In this document: piece by piece, positions 37,333 to 46,966 of the stretch | Position numbering within the stretch: position 1 is the stretch's first letter | How the letters are laid out: every line of letters begins with the position of its first letter | The notes under the pieces: generated by a model | Seen by the model: the letters and a program-made list of their open reading frames with translations, nothing else | The model's database searches: none | What the model was told of the DNA's origin: nothing | Program-made: the position numbers and the translations under genes | Source: a phage | NCBI GenBank assembly: GCA_025832235.1 | Contig: GCA_025832235.1_3649.1 | Length of the DNA: 64,000 bases | Direction: 5' to 3' (one strand)

Positions 37333-37727
37333 TGGTAAGCCTATACCGTGTTGAGTATAGCTCAGATACTGTATACAACGTAAGAAGCAAAGATCGCAGC
37401 GACAGAGTGCAAGAAATGTATGTTCTTGCCGACAGTCCGTTATCTGCAGCGTTCAAGGCAGGGGCTCTTGCATCTCGTTGGAAATTTGAAGGGGGATCTT
37501 TCTATGAAGAAACCCTTGAAGATTCTGTTGTTATTTCTTCTGTAGAGGTTTCAGACGACTACGAAGGGAAAAAGTTCGTAATGCGGCACCCACACAGCAA
37601 CATTGCGTACTACTGGGATGTTCTGAACAACGAGTGGACCCCAGATCTTCAGAAGGCTACTGTGCTAACACCGTTTTTGGCAGATAAGTTCCCACCAGAA
37701 GGTAATTTATCCGCACTGTTTCAGTAA
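37332..37727 (+). CDS. family B protein (cassette copy 2, gene 3)
   Basis: KKFVMRHPHSNIAYYWDVLNNEWTP, paralogue of 35127. Confidence 0.5.
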   Translation: MVSLYRVEYSSDTVYNVRSKDRSDRVQEMYVLADSPLSAAFKAGALASRWKFEGGSFYEETLEDSVVISSVEVSDDYEGKKFVMRHPHSNIAYYWDVLNNEWTPDLQKATVLTPFLADKFPPEGNLSALFQ

Positions 37728-37744
37728 TTTTCTTGCACACAGGT

Positions 37745-37773
37745 GTTGACAACGCCAACCCTGTGTGAAATAA
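37745..37773 (+). promoter_or_regulatory. sigma70-like promoter
   Basis: TTGACA 37745-37750, 17 bp spacer, AATAAT. Confidence 0.4.
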
Positions 37774-37806
37774 TACCTTCATCTTAACAAGACAGGAGAC
37801 CGATTG

Positions 37807-38064
37807 ATGAAGATTAAATTGAAAAACCTTGAAACGGCAGAGATTCAGGACGGTGTTGATTTCCGTTCTAAAGATGGTGACATCTTAGAGGTAAATATTC
37901 CAACCTACGAGCTGATTAAAGGTTTTGGCAACGTTCCGGAAGAGGATATTACAGAAATTCTTATGATGTTGATTCTTGACGGAACTGTGTTTGTAGGTGA
38001 AGGTGAGAACGCTATTGCAATCCCAGGCCATTTTTATGAAGTAGTTGACGAAGAGGTGCTGTAA
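37807..38064 (+). CDS. small acidic protein
   Basis: ATG after AGGAGA RBS; MKIKLKNLE...YEVVDEEVL. Confidence 0.5.
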   Translation: MKIKLKNLETAEIQDGVDFRSKDGDILEVNIPTYELIKGFGNVPEEDITEILMMLILDGTVFVGEGENAIAIPGHFYEVVDEEVL

Positions 38065-38415
38065 ATGAAAGTAGAAATTACCGGTTTTGATGTGAATGTG
38101 GTTCCGGAAGATATTTTAGCTAAACTTCCAGAAGGTTTTGGTAACGGCGTTGTGGTGGATGCTGTTCCTCCTACCAAAGACATTCTGCTGCAGTATGGTG
38201 TAGCAGAGGAAGATGTCGATAAAGTTCTTACAATGATGGCAATCGATCGTGTTGTCGTTGTTAAAGGTCTCGATAATTTTGAGAGTGATCCCCTGATTAT
38301 TCGTGGAGATGACTACAAAATCATCGATAATGAAGGCCAAGAGTTCTATGAACCTTGTGCAGAAGATATTCTTAACTTATTACTGGAAGCAGGTACCGAA
38401 GAGGAGGACGAATAA
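38065..38415 (+). CDS. small acidic protein
   Basis: MKVEITGF...; acidic tail TEEEDE. Confidence 0.5.
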   Translation: MKVEITGFDVNVVPEDILAKLPEGFGNGVVVDAVPPTKDILLQYGVAEEDVDKVLTMMAIDRVVVVKGLDNFESDPLIIRGDDYKIIDNEGQEFYEPCAEDILNLLLEAGTEEEDE

Positions 38416-38744
38416 TGAAGATTGACCCGTTACTGAAGGCTCGTGCAGAAAAAGCGTACACCATTAAGCTGACCAACCTGGTTCCTACTTGTCATCCAGA
38501 TGTAGGTTGGCCTGAAGGTCTGGTAGAGGGGACTGTAACAGCTGCATACCTCCCTAACATCAAATACCTTATGGAAATCTTGGAGCTGGATGAGGAAACG
38601 GCAGAAGAGTTCCAGTTGGACATGAAACAAAGTGGGACTCTGGTTATTCACGGGTGGTATAATACTAAAGACGCAGAAGACCCTCTGGTAACTTCTAATC
38701 TGGCATATGAAATCTTAGGGCCTTTGAACCTGGAGGAAGACTAA
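38415..38744 (+). CDS. small acidic protein
   Basis: ORF, overlapping start/stop. Confidence 0.45.
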   Translation: MKIDPLLKARAEKAYTIKLTNLVPTCHPDVGWPEGLVEGTVTAAYLPNIKYLMEILELDEETAEEFQLDMKQSGTLVIHGWYNTKDAEDPLVTSNLAYEILGPLNLEED

Positions 38745-39031
38745 TGAAAGATCTGGTTAAGATTAAGATTAAAGATACCAATGGAGAACTCAGCCATTTT
38801 GGAATTAATGATGGTGACGAGCTGATCGCACACCTGCCTACCAAGGAGGTTGTAAGCAAAGCAGTTGCCGGAGAAGAAGCTGCAATGCAGGCTGCAGGTG
38901 TGGATGAAAACTATGTAGCTATGTGCATGTGCCGAGATCAGGTTGTTCTGTATAAAGCGTATCGACCAAACGGAGCCACGGAGTGGCTTGTATTCCGACC
39001 CGAAGGATATGAAATCTTAGAGGCACTATGA
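38744..39031 (+). CDS. small acidic protein
   Basis: ORF. Confidence 0.45.
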   Translation: MKDLVKIKIKDTNGELSHFGINDGDELIAHLPTKEVVSKAVAGEEAAMQAAGVDENYVAMCMCRDQVVLYKAYRPNGATEWLVFRPEGYEILEAL

Positions 39032-39120
39032 TAAATCTTGCCAAGGTTGCAACGGCACTGTTAATTATTTGCTGGTCAGTAACCTTAACACTGTGTCTTG
39101 TATTTCAGTGAGGTGCTTGT

Positions 39121-39384
39121 ATGAACATCCTGATGTGGGTTATAGCAGTGGCGTTTGTTGCATGTTTTTGCTGCTGGGTTGCGGTGAGGATTTCTGTAGC
39201 TACCCTTCGGAAGTTGGGGTTCTCAGAATGGGATATTAATATCCTTTCTTTTCGCAATGAAACAATCTCAGCCGCCCTGCTTTGTAAGAAATTTAAGTGG
39301 GAACCTTGTGAGGTCATGAGCTATCTAAGAACAGGCGATATCCCTGAAAGATTTAAAAAAGTTCTTGACGGCAAGGATAAATGA
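39121..39384 (+). CDS. small membrane protein
   Basis: N-terminal TM ILMWVIAVAFVACFCCWVAV. Confidence 0.45.
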   Translation: MNILMWVIAVAFVACFCCWVAVRISVATLRKLGFSEWDINILSFRNETISAALLCKKFKWEPCEVMSYLRTGDIPERFKKVLDGKDK

Positions 39385-39413
39385 CAGTATAGTGACTAAC
39401 AAGAGGTGAGGGG

Positions 39414-39554
39414 GTGACTGATTTTACTGAAGCTTTAATGATGGCCTTGTCTGTTTTAGCGCTATCGGTGTGTTTTGGGGCGTTATTCACATCTCTGGTT
39501 AAAGTTTTACATACAGTATTATTACCCAAGGAGCGCAGTAATGACGAAGATTGA
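39414..39554 (+). CDS. 46-aa membrane peptide
   Basis: GTG after GAGGTGAGGGG; TM segment MMALSVLALSVCFGALF; below ORF-track cutoff. Confidence 0.35.
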   Translation: MTDFTEALMMALSVLALSVCFGALFTSLVKVLHTVLLPKERSNDED

Positions 39555-39792
39555 CTTGAATGCTGGTGATCATGTTGTTGTCAAATGCATTGGAGATTAT
39601 CTTGGATTCACAATCGGCAATACTTACGAGGCGGTAGTGGCGAAGGTTTATCATGATAAAGTCCTCAGTCTTGTATTTGACTGTGATGATGACGGAGATG
39701 ACCGTTACGTCTGTGAGGTGCTGGCTCGTGACGATAGTGAAGACCAGAAATTCCTGGTTATTGAACTGAACGGTATTTTTGTAGAACGTTAA
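39541..39792 (+). CDS. hypothetical acidic protein
   Basis: ATG 39541 after AAGGAG; ORF-track start 39475 judged overextended. Confidence 0.45.
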   Translation: MTKIDLNAGDHVVVKCIGDYLGFTIGNTYEAVVAKVYHDKVLSLVFDCDDDGDDRYVCEVLARDDSEDQKFLVIELNGIFVER

Positions 39793-39820
39793 TTTAAAAC
39801 AACATAAGGAGACTCTTACT

Positions 39821-40126
39821 ATGGCTAAATCTAAAGTTGAACTGTTCACCTCTCTTCCTTCTGACACTGCAGAACGTGATCGCCTTCGCAAAACAATTGA
39901 AGAACTGGTGGAACTCCAGCTTCAGATTAAAGATTTGAAAGATGCCATCAAGGATATCATTCTTGTTGAGAAGCAGGATCATCTGTATTCTCCTAAATTC
40001 ATCAAATCTTTGGTGGCTACAGAGTTTGATATCCGCTACGAAGCTGAAAAACGTCGCGCTAAGATTGAAGAAGAGGTTGAGCACATGTCTGAGGCAGACA
40101 TTCTGTTCAAACGCTCTGTAGAATAA
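39821..40126 (+). CDS. hypothetical coiled-coil protein
   Basis: AAGGAGA RBS; followed by terminator. Confidence 0.5.
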   Translation: MAKSKVELFTSLPSDTAERDRLRKTIEELVELQLQIKDLKDAIKDIILVEKQDHLYSPKFIKSLVATEFDIRYEAEKRRAKIEEEVEHMSEADILFKRSVE

Positions 40127-40132
40127 TATGGC

Positions 40133-40163
40133 AGAGGGGCTACGGCCCCTCTTTCACTATTTG
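40133..40163 (+). terminator. rho-independent terminator
   Basis: AGAGGGGC-tacg-GCCCCTCT then TTCACTATTT. Confidence 0.5.
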
Positions 40164-40178
40164 CAAAAGGAACCAGCT

Positions 40179-40505
40179 ATGAGAATGCCAATCACTGTGA
40201 AAGAGCTAAATGAACGTGATGCAGGTGGTCTATGGCCTGCACGAAAAATCCGCTGCGTCTATATGAAAGAGAATCTTGAACATCTTGATCAACAGATCAA
40301 GGTCGGTGATATTTTCGAGGTCTTCTATTCCAATCGTCGCAACTGGGAAACCATTCAGCCTTCTGGTTTTGTTCTTGCCAAACTTGACACTGGAGAAGTG
40401 ATTATTCCTGGGTTGGATATTGTCTTCGAAATTATCCAGGAGTGGGATCCGGATAAGATTAGATATGAAGAGTTATTCGGTGAAGGTATTATCAAACCTG
40501 TGTGA
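40179..40505 (+). CDS. hypothetical protein
   Basis: ATG 40179 after AAAAGGAA; ORF-track start 40128 lies inside the terminator hairpin. Confidence 0.45.
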   Translation: MRMPITVKELNERDAGGLWPARKIRCVYMKENLEHLDQQIKVGDIFEVFYSNRRNWETIQPSGFVLAKLDTGEVIIPGLDIVFEIIQEWDPDKIRYEELFGEGIIKPV

Positions 40506-40513
40506 GGTGGATT

Positions 40514-40813
40514 ATGTCTACAAAGGCGGCTAAATACTCCTATATGCCATCAACCTCTGCAGAGGTAGACTTTAGTTTCGATGTGTTTCCACTGTTTGAG
40601 GTGGTTCTGGCATACCCAACAATACTATCTACTCCTGAATCACTTGTGCCTGTTAAGTTGCAGAACGCTATGCATTCCATGCACTACAACAACAAATGTA
40701 GGCACAGATGGTGTCAGGACGAGGAAAAAGATTTGGATAGTTTGAGAGATTTTGACAGTCACCTTTTGACACCTTTCAGCTACTCCAACCTTGATAAGCC
40801 CTCGTGGGTATAG
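40514..40813 (+). CDS. hypothetical protein
   Basis: ATG after GAGGTGG RBS. Confidence 0.45.
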   Translation: MSTKAAKYSYMPSTSAEVDFSFDVFPLFEVVLAYPTILSTPESLVPVKLQNAMHSMHYNNKCRHRWCQDEEKDLDSLRDFDSHLLTPFSYSNLDKPSWV

Positions 40814-40838
40814 CAAAATATCAAATTTAAGACACCTA

Positions 40839-40864
40839 GGACGCTCTGTGGCGTCCTTTTCTTT
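40839..40864 (+). terminator. rho-independent terminator
   Basis: GGACGC-tctgtg-GCGTCC then TTTTCTTT. Confidence 0.65.
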
Positions 40865-41026
40865 ATCTGGTGCACGATTGCATACCTTGGGTAGTTAATC
40901 TCATTACAGAGCGTTTAAGAGCTCCCTACAAACAACTCCATATTTCGAGCGTAGCGAGAACGCACGTCCGTTTTGACCCAAATCACCATACGCTCGGATT
41001 TTAACCAAACCCTCGCGGCGTTTCTG

Positions 41027-41055
41027 TTGACACATTACCGCTCTCGTGATAGTAT
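41027..41055 (+). promoter_or_regulatory. sigma70-like promoter
   Basis: TTGACA 41027-41032, 17 bp spacer, TAGTAT 41050-41055. Confidence 0.6.
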
Positions 41056-41075
41056 CCACACATCGTTTGGAGAAT

Positions 41076-41177
41076 ATGGGATACACAATGAGAACATTGT
41101 CTGAAGTTTTAGTGGTGATCCTGATGATCATTACGTCCATAGCGGCTGTTGCCGGAATACTCACGGGTGGAACATGA
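41076..41177 (+). CDS. 33-aa membrane peptide
   Basis: GGAG RBS; LSEVLVVILMIITSIAAVAGIL; stop overlaps next ATG. Confidence 0.35.
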   Translation: MGYTMRTLSEVLVVILMIITSIAAVAGILTGGT

Positions 41178-41386
41178 TCAACACACATGCATCTGAAGAG
41201 ACATCCGAAGGAGTGACCATATGTCCCTTGGATGAGCCAGTTAAAGAGGAAAACTTCGATTCTGAAGATTCTCCATCTTCGCTCCAGGTAGATCCTGAGG
41301 CTGATGACTTGACGTGGGGAGACATCGTAGATATCTGGTTCTCTATTATGCCTGAGCACGAAGAGTTCAGAGGTGGTAGACTATGA
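41174..41386 (+). CDS. hypothetical acidic protein
   Basis: ATGA-coupled to upstream peptide. Confidence 0.4.
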   Translation: MINTHASEETSEGVTICPLDEPVKEENFDSEDSPSSLQVDPEADDLTWGDIVDIWFSIMPEHEEFRGGRL

Positions 41387-41507
41387 AGCACCGAGCCCAC
41401 ACAGGTTCCTCATGCTAAAGCATGGCCTGAAGAGGCAAACGTGCATAATTCCTGTGCATCGGAGCGTATAAAACCCTGTTCACACTCTCATTTCCAGAGG
41501 AGATTTC

Positions 41508-41723
41508 ATGAAGATAGAAATATTTGGTGGAGCTGACAACACTCGTGGCCTGATTTACCTTGAATTCGATGAATCATACCTGCCAGAGGTGTTAAATATA
41601 GACTCTGTTGCTGAGGCTTTGGGAGTAAACCCTAAAGAACTCCACTCTTGTGCTGAGATCGATGGTTGGGAAGAGACCATGAACATTGATTTCAGTGAAG
41701 TAGAGGATGAACCGCTGGACTGA
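41508..41723 (+). CDS. small acidic protein (MKIEI class)
   Basis: AGAGGAG RBS; last plus-strand gene before noncoding hub. Confidence 0.45.
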   Translation: MKIEIFGGADNTRGLIYLEFDESYLPEVLNIDSVAEALGVNPKELHSCAEIDGWEETMNIDFSEVEDEPLD

Positions 41724-42423
41724 CACACAATATTAGCTGCCCGGCTAAAGTGCTGGAAGCACCTATAACACATCTTTCAACTAAATTTCCTACCACCACA
41801 ATCACTTACCTCCCATACATGACTGTTTGCTTGTTTAGTGAGCAGTCATGCCTTGACATTCTTGCCTATCCTGATAAAATTAAGTTCTTCTCTTTTCTTT
41901 TACCGAGTAATTCGGGTTTTCTGTTCTCTTCGGTTTGAAGGGGTATGGAGATACACCTGAGTGAACAGGGTGAACAACCGAACCATTGGCTATGGCATTA
42001 GCATGGCGAAGCGGACGGGTGACGAAAGAGGGGCCGGAGGACACCAGTCACTGCCATATGATATATGGGTGATAACCTGAAGAGTCTGAATAAGTGTTTA
42101 AGTACCAGTCAGAGGAAAAGGTGAATGGTAGCCGAAGGGGGAGGGGGGTTTCTTGTATCTTTAATTTGTATATTATGTATACACTTGTAAACCAATTTCA
42201 TCTGAATCTGTTTACCACACAAAGTGGATAGAGACAAATATTACCTATTAAACTTGAATTATTTATAGAAAATACCACAACACCACTTAAGTCTTTGATT
42301 TTACACACAAATCTTACAGATATTCAACCTCCATATTTAACATACCTGTAACATATTCCATACTCTACCTGTCTGATCAATCTACCCAACCACATCCTTC
42401 ATATTTTCCCTGTCTGTACCACC

Positions 42424-42635
42424 CCTGCCCCGCCGGGAGTCCCGTCATATCTGGCTTTCCAGCAAATATCACACCCACAAATATCATTGCCTGAAGAGGG
42501 TTTCATCCCATAATACATGCCTTACCTGAAGAGCGCTTCATACACCACGTAAATTTTTTAATTGACCTGCAATTTTCCCGTCATGACCCCCTGCCCCGCC
42601 GGAGAGGTTGGCTTTTCCCACACAGACCTGAAGAG
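42424..42635. repeat. imperfect ~110-bp direct repeat pair plus four CCTGAAGAG copies
   Basis: CCTGCCCCGCCGG at 42424 and 42588; CCTGAAGAG at 42076, 42490, 42525, 42627. Confidence 0.6.
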
Positions 42636-43213
42636 TCAGCCAGAAATATCTGAACAGGCCCAATTCTACCACGATTTTGACCTGACCTACAGGAGTGCTG
42701 CCAGGCGGACGAAATGGGAATACTTCTCATTCTTATAACAATTCTCAAATATCAAGGCAGTGAGGCAAATTAATAGGCTAGGCCGTTCACACAGTGGCAC
42801 AACATTTGCAATCTATTTTGTGTGGGGGAATGAGAATACATATCATTGTGAGAACCATTATCATTACGGGCAATTTAACATAATACCCATTATGCGCACC
42901 ACTGGCGATACATACAGGGATTGATAACATGAGTTACTGTTTACGCATATAACAATTATATTTATTACTATTTGTGTGGGATATAGTTAGCAGCCGATAG
43001 ATTAGATATTGACCTGCGGACTTCTGACCGTCTAGACGTCTAAACGCCCACACAGCAAGGGTTATACATACATCGCTGAATGTAAACAGGGCCGCAAAAA
43101 TGCTACCATACCAGTTTGTAAATTTTCAATGCAGCACTTGACAAAGAGGAGAAAAACTTGTCTGACACCTTATACACTTTCGATACAATAACGACTGTTA
43201 TTATTTCATGTTT

Positions 43214-43300
43214 CACTGTTCACGTATAGATTGTTCCCGCATAGACTGTTTACGCCTGGATAGTTTACACCTTGACAGTTTACGCATAGATGATAAGCCA
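43214..43300. repeat. iteron-like tandem series of 15-16 bp repeats
   Basis: TAGAtTGTTcCCGC / TAGAcTGTTTACGC / TAGTTTACAC / GACAGTTTACGC in tandem. Confidence 0.6.
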
Positions 43301-43544
43301 TGCCATTCGTTTGCATGAAAACAATTAGCAAGTTAACAATTAACAAGTTAATAATATATGACATAATATAAAAGCAGGGCAACTATTATTAGATCTATAG
43401 TTGCCTTGCTTATTATGTCATGATTAACTGAATATAAGGCAACTATGATCTGATTAATAGATTGCAGACAAACTATCACGGGGGTGATGGTTACTGCTTT
43501 TATATTATGTCGCGACTCCGTCGCGCCATGCCATTCGTTTGCAT
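43297..43544. repeat. 20-bp perfect direct repeat GCCATGCCATTCGTTTGCAT flanking a nested palindrome cluster
   Basis: copies at 43297-43316 and 43525-43544; between them 18-bp perfect inverted repeat GACATAATATAAAAGCAG (43360-43377 / 43494-43511) enclosing GGCAACTAT/ATAGTTGCC palindromes. Confidence 0.65.
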
Positions 43545-44156
43545 AGTTGCCTTATTGTTACAGGTAAAACAATTACATTGTTAACTATTTCTTATCTTTC
43601 TCTTAGTCATCTAATGATTCCAGTCAGTATAGTTATGTGCAGTAAACATTAGACGACTAAAGATTTCTCTGATTATAGTAACCTATCGTGACAATTTCGA
43701 ACTGTTTACGAAAAATGTTGACACCTGGGCAGGTTTATGTTATGCAGTTTGTACGAATAATTATTTTGTACAGGTATTGACTATTCCGTTATTCTGTGGT
43801 TGGAATAAATACTTTGCAGGCTATAGAATGGTGATCGTACGTGGATTCTGAGATCTGTCGGCTATAGTTACACCCGATTTTTCACGTAGGACACGCTTTT
43901 TGGTTTGTGTAAGTGTATGACTTATAAGGGTTTTTAATTGTTGACAGTATACTGAAGATGTGCATCAGGTTAAATTTTGTGCAATAGCTGCATTACGTGC
44001 AATTTTGGGAGAGAAAACGGGTAAAAATAGCACCGCTACCACACAATGAAAGGTTATGCAATAGCTATTTTACATGTATATTTGTACAGTGTGCGGGATT
44101 GATGGCTCGTCAATTATTCCACTTGTCAGGTAGGGCCGTTTATGGTAGGAAAAGAG

Positions 44157-44184
44157 CAAACAAAAAGAAAGGGGCCTAAGCCCC
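44157..44184 (-). terminator. rho-independent terminator ending the minus-strand block
   Basis: minus strand GGGGC-ttag-GCCCC then TTTCTTTTTGTTTG. Confidence 0.6.
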
Positions 44185-44198
44185 TTGATAATGTTGTA

Positions 44199-44462
44199 TT
44201 ATTTGTTGCTCATCCAGTTTTCCCAAGCTGCCTGATAATCTGCCTCACTGCGGCGGATCTCTTCTTGTTCTTCAAGCCGGATCTCTTCTTCCAGGTACCC
44301 AAGGATGTCGGATTTTTTGGTCTGGCGTAACATCCAATCATCTTTTTTACGAGTAAAGATCTTGTACGCTTTCTCGCAAACCTCTTTTTTACTACCTTTT
44401 TGTACTTCAAGAACTTTGTAGGCCATGTACTGAACTAGTTTGAGCTGATCAAGACGTTTCAT
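44199..44462 (-). CDS. hypothetical protein
   Basis: AGAGGT RBS; 5' UTR hairpin GGGCC-AAAA-GGCCC upstream. Confidence 0.5.
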   Translation of the reverse strand: MKRLDQLKLVQYMAYKVLEVQKGSKKEVCEKAYKIFTRKKDDWMLRQTKKSDILGYLEEEIRLEEQEEIRRSEADYQAAWENWMSNK

Positions 44463-44522
44463 GATGTTTACCTCTTTATGCGGTTCTGATTAGTGGGCCT
44501 TTTGGCCCGTGTCATTATCTTA

Positions 44523-44795
44523 TTACTTATGGCGGCAGAATTCAAGCGTTTTTAATTGATAATCTTCCTCAGCCTGGAGTACGACCGCCTCGATCATTTC
44601 GTTGGCATTGTTAAAGCCATAACCTTTAGCGAAATCATCCGCGCCACCTTCGTGATCATGTTCTGCGTTCATCGCTTCCACAAAATGGAATTCAAGATTA
44701 TTGAGGTAAGGGCTTGATGTTCCGTCCTCTTTTTCGATGAGATTCCAAATAGCATTAAAACGTGATTCGACTTCTTGATTAATCCAGCTTGACAT
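44523..44795 (-). CDS. hypothetical acidic protein
   Basis: AGAGGAAA RBS; upstream hairpin and TTGACA-17-TAACAT promoter (44849-44877). Confidence 0.5.
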   Translation of the reverse strand: MSSWINQEVESRFNAIWNLIEKEDGTSSPYLNNLEFHFVEAMNAEHDHEGGADDFAKGYGFNNANEMIEAVVLQAEEDYQLKTLEFCRHK

Positions 44796-45005
44796 GATGT
44801 TTTCCTCTCTTCTGGTTGTTGTGTGGGCACTTTTGCCCCTTCAAGATAATGTTACCCCACCCCCTGGCAGATGTCAACGGTTTTTATAGTTCTTATATGA
44901 CAGGCAGGCCCGGTGATTGTCTCCACCCGTCGCCAGGTGCCTGCCGTGTAATAAGTATAACAAAAAACAGGACCATAGCAAGCCCTGTTTTGTAGTTTAT
45001 AAATA

Positions 45006-45197
45006 TTATATTTTTTCGCCTATGTAGTCCGGTCGGTTTTTCTCTGTCATGCGCTTTAGCAATTCTTGCATGTTACTTATGGCTTGTAGCGTATCCTCTT
45101 CCAGACTTGAATCAACATAATCAGGATCGTCTATAACCTTTCTATGATTATGATAACGCAGTACCGCCAATACCTTTCTAACTTGTTCGGTATTCAT
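45006..45197 (-). CDS. hypothetical protein
   Basis: ORF. Confidence 0.4.
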   Translation of the reverse strand: MNTEQVRKVLAVLRYHNHRKVIDDPDYVDSSLEEDTLQAISNMQELLKRMTEKNRPDYIGEKI

Positions 45198-45346
45198 TTT
45201 TATCGCTCTTTAAAACAAGGTGCCAACCGTTTCCAATAGATCACTGACTATCAGGACAATACTGATCAGCACATACCTAACCATAAAGGGAAAGATCGCC
45301 AACATTGCCGCCACGATTCCCATGGTGATAATTATCTTTCTCATGA

Positions 45347-45631
45347 TTAACGGGTCACGTAAGTTTTCCCGTTTACGGTTATCTGCAGATCCTCCAGGTC
45401 TGGATCTTCTTTAAGGTCGCGAGCAAGCTCACCGCACCGGATACCCTCGAATCCGTAGTACTCTGTTGTACCGTCATTAAAAGTTTTAGCGGCAAGGCAT
45501 AAGCGATAAGTAACCCCGATTTGATTGACGGCATGAATATCCGTTAGATTAACCTCTTTTGCCAGCTCTTTAGCCATTACAGGCGCATTAAGTCCAACAA
45601 CCAGGGCAACCACTGCGATCATCTTTTTCAT
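45347..45631 (-). CDS. secreted small protein with cleavable signal peptide
   Basis: MKKMIAVVALVVGLNAPVMA then mature domain; AGAGGA RBS. Confidence 0.5.
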   Translation of the reverse strand: MKKMIAVVALVVGLNAPVMAKELAKEVNLTDIHAVNQIGVTYRLCLAAKTFNDGTTEYYGFEGIRCGELARDLKEDPDLEDLQITVNGKTYVTR

Positions 45632-45722
45632 TGTGTCTATCCTCTTTCTGCTACGTTTAAGGCGGCGGTAACCGCCTGTTTAAGCTTTGTTGGTTAATTT
45701 TCGGGTATCGGTATAAATTAAA

Positions 45723-45938
45723 CTATGCTGTACGCTCAACTATAACAACGGTTTGGGGGATCTCCCCCTCCACCACTAGTAAGGCCTTTTTCTGCGTGAT
45801 AGATATCTTTACCCGTTGCAGCGTGGCGGTGAAGTCTTTCATTTCGTCACGCGGTGTTTTAGTGCAGTACCAGATCTCAGGCTTGCCGATCTGTAAGTTG
45901 CGTAAAAATTCTGTTTTGCCTGTTTTGTTAGTGATCAT
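45723..45938 (-). CDS. hypothetical protein
   Basis: GGTGAGG RBS. Confidence 0.45.
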   Translation of the reverse strand: MITNKTGKTEFLRNLQIGKPEIWYCTKTPRDEMKDFTATLQRVKISITQKKALLVVEGEIPQTVVIVERTA

Positions 45939-45947
45939 TTGTCAACC

Positions 45948-46052
45948 TCACCCGATACCGTTGGAAGACAAGATCACATTAGCCATGGTTGCAATCAGGC
46001 CAATACCCAGGGCAATAACCAGGATCACCGCATCAATTAATTTCTGTTTCAT
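45948..46052 (-). CDS. 34-aa membrane peptide
   Basis: AGAGGAAAACAAA then ATG; IDAVILVIALGIGLIATMANVIL; below ORF-track cutoff. Confidence 0.4.
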   Translation of the reverse strand: MKQKLIDAVILVIALGIGLIATMANVILSSNGIG

Positions 46053-46142
46053 TTTGTTTTCCTCTTCTTGTTCCAGGTGGCGGACCATTCCACCGCCTTA
46101 TGTATTATGCTTTGTAAGATGGTTGTTTGTTTTCAAACTATT

Positions 46143-46322
46143 TTAACGATAATCATCGTACGCTTTATTAACCTGGCGAATATAACATTCAAAAGCCAGA
46201 TCAATAGATTTATATTCACGGATATACTCACCATAGGAAACCACATACATTTCTATAGCTTCCTCATATGCGAGGAGAATAGAATCCAAGCCTACGATCT
46301 CAGTCTTTGCAATAATAGCCAT
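46143..46322 (-). CDS. 59-aa hypothetical protein
   Basis: AAAGAGGATAAAAATC then ATG; below ORF-track cutoff. Confidence 0.45.
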   Translation of the reverse strand: MAIIAKTEIVGLDSILLAYEEAIEMYVVSYGEYIREYKSIDLAFECYIRQVNKAYDDYR

Positions 46323-46393
46323 GATTTTTATCCTCTTTGTGGTTGGTGGGGCTTGCCCCTTTGATTTATATACTACAGTCTTATATGGTCATG

Positions 46394-46627
46394 TCAACTA
46401 TTTTCAAAAAATTTTTCTGCTGTAATATTTTTCCCGGTAGGGTTCGCTACTTTCAAAATTCTATCATGCACCGGACGCCCAAAAGAATAAGCGCCGTACA
46501 CAGTAAACCAATAATCGCCGTCAGGCTGTACTATTACCGCCGCATATGGTACGCCTTTTTCGTTTTTGCTGACAAAATAGATCACATTGCCATTAATAAC
46601 CTCAGCGCGTTTAATTTGTTCCATCAT
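46394..46627 (-). CDS. hypothetical protein
   Basis: AGAGAGGT RBS; upstream hairpin GGGGCC-GAAAA-GGCCCC. Confidence 0.5.
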   Translation of the reverse strand: MMEQIKRAEVINGNVIYFVSKNEKGVPYAAVIVQPDGDYWFTVYGAYSFGRPVHDRILKVANPTGKNITAEKFFENS

Positions 46628-46681
46628 GATGATTTACCTCTCTTTATTTTCATAATTGGGGCCTTTTCGGCCCCGCCAGGT

Positions 46682-46966
46682 TTATTTATTGATAGCGTGC
46701 AGCGGGAAAGCTACGCCAGGTTGATAGATAACCTTTACAACCTCATCAGGACAAAAGAAATTGCAGAACTCACCGCAATAGGCCTCATCCTCTTTTAATT
46801 CTTCATCAGCATACTCAAAAAAGTAGTCGATGCTTGGATAATCCTGCCCTGGGTTATAGTCAACCATTGTCAAGACCAGTTCAAGATCGTTGCGCAGGAT
46901 ATGCATACCCGCTTTTAAGTATTTTGCTTCCATTTCTACTACATCGCCAGCGGTAACAATAGCCAT
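46682..46966 (-). CDS. hypothetical acidic protein
   Basis: start moved to ATG 46966 after AGGAG. Confidence 0.45.
   Translation of the reverse strand: MAIVTAGDVVEMEAKYLKAGMHILRNDLELVLTMVDYNPGQDYPSIDYFFEYADEELKEDEAYCGEFCNFFCPDEVVKVIYQPGVAFPLHAINK

Noticed and set aside
40904-41400. Minus-strand ORFs 40904-41359 and 41161-41400
   Set aside because: Antisense to a plus-strand promoter and two RBS-coupled small genes; no RBS on the minus strand.
41930-44160. tRNA genes in the large noncoding hub
   Set aside because: No GTTCGA/GTTCAA T-loop-like sequence in a cloverleaf context was found by eye; cannot be fully excluded without a tRNA scanner.
45212-45346. 44-aa minus-strand membrane peptide
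   Set aside because: Hydrophobic ORF exists but has no convincing RBS and abuts the stop of the upstream gene; not listed as a feature.
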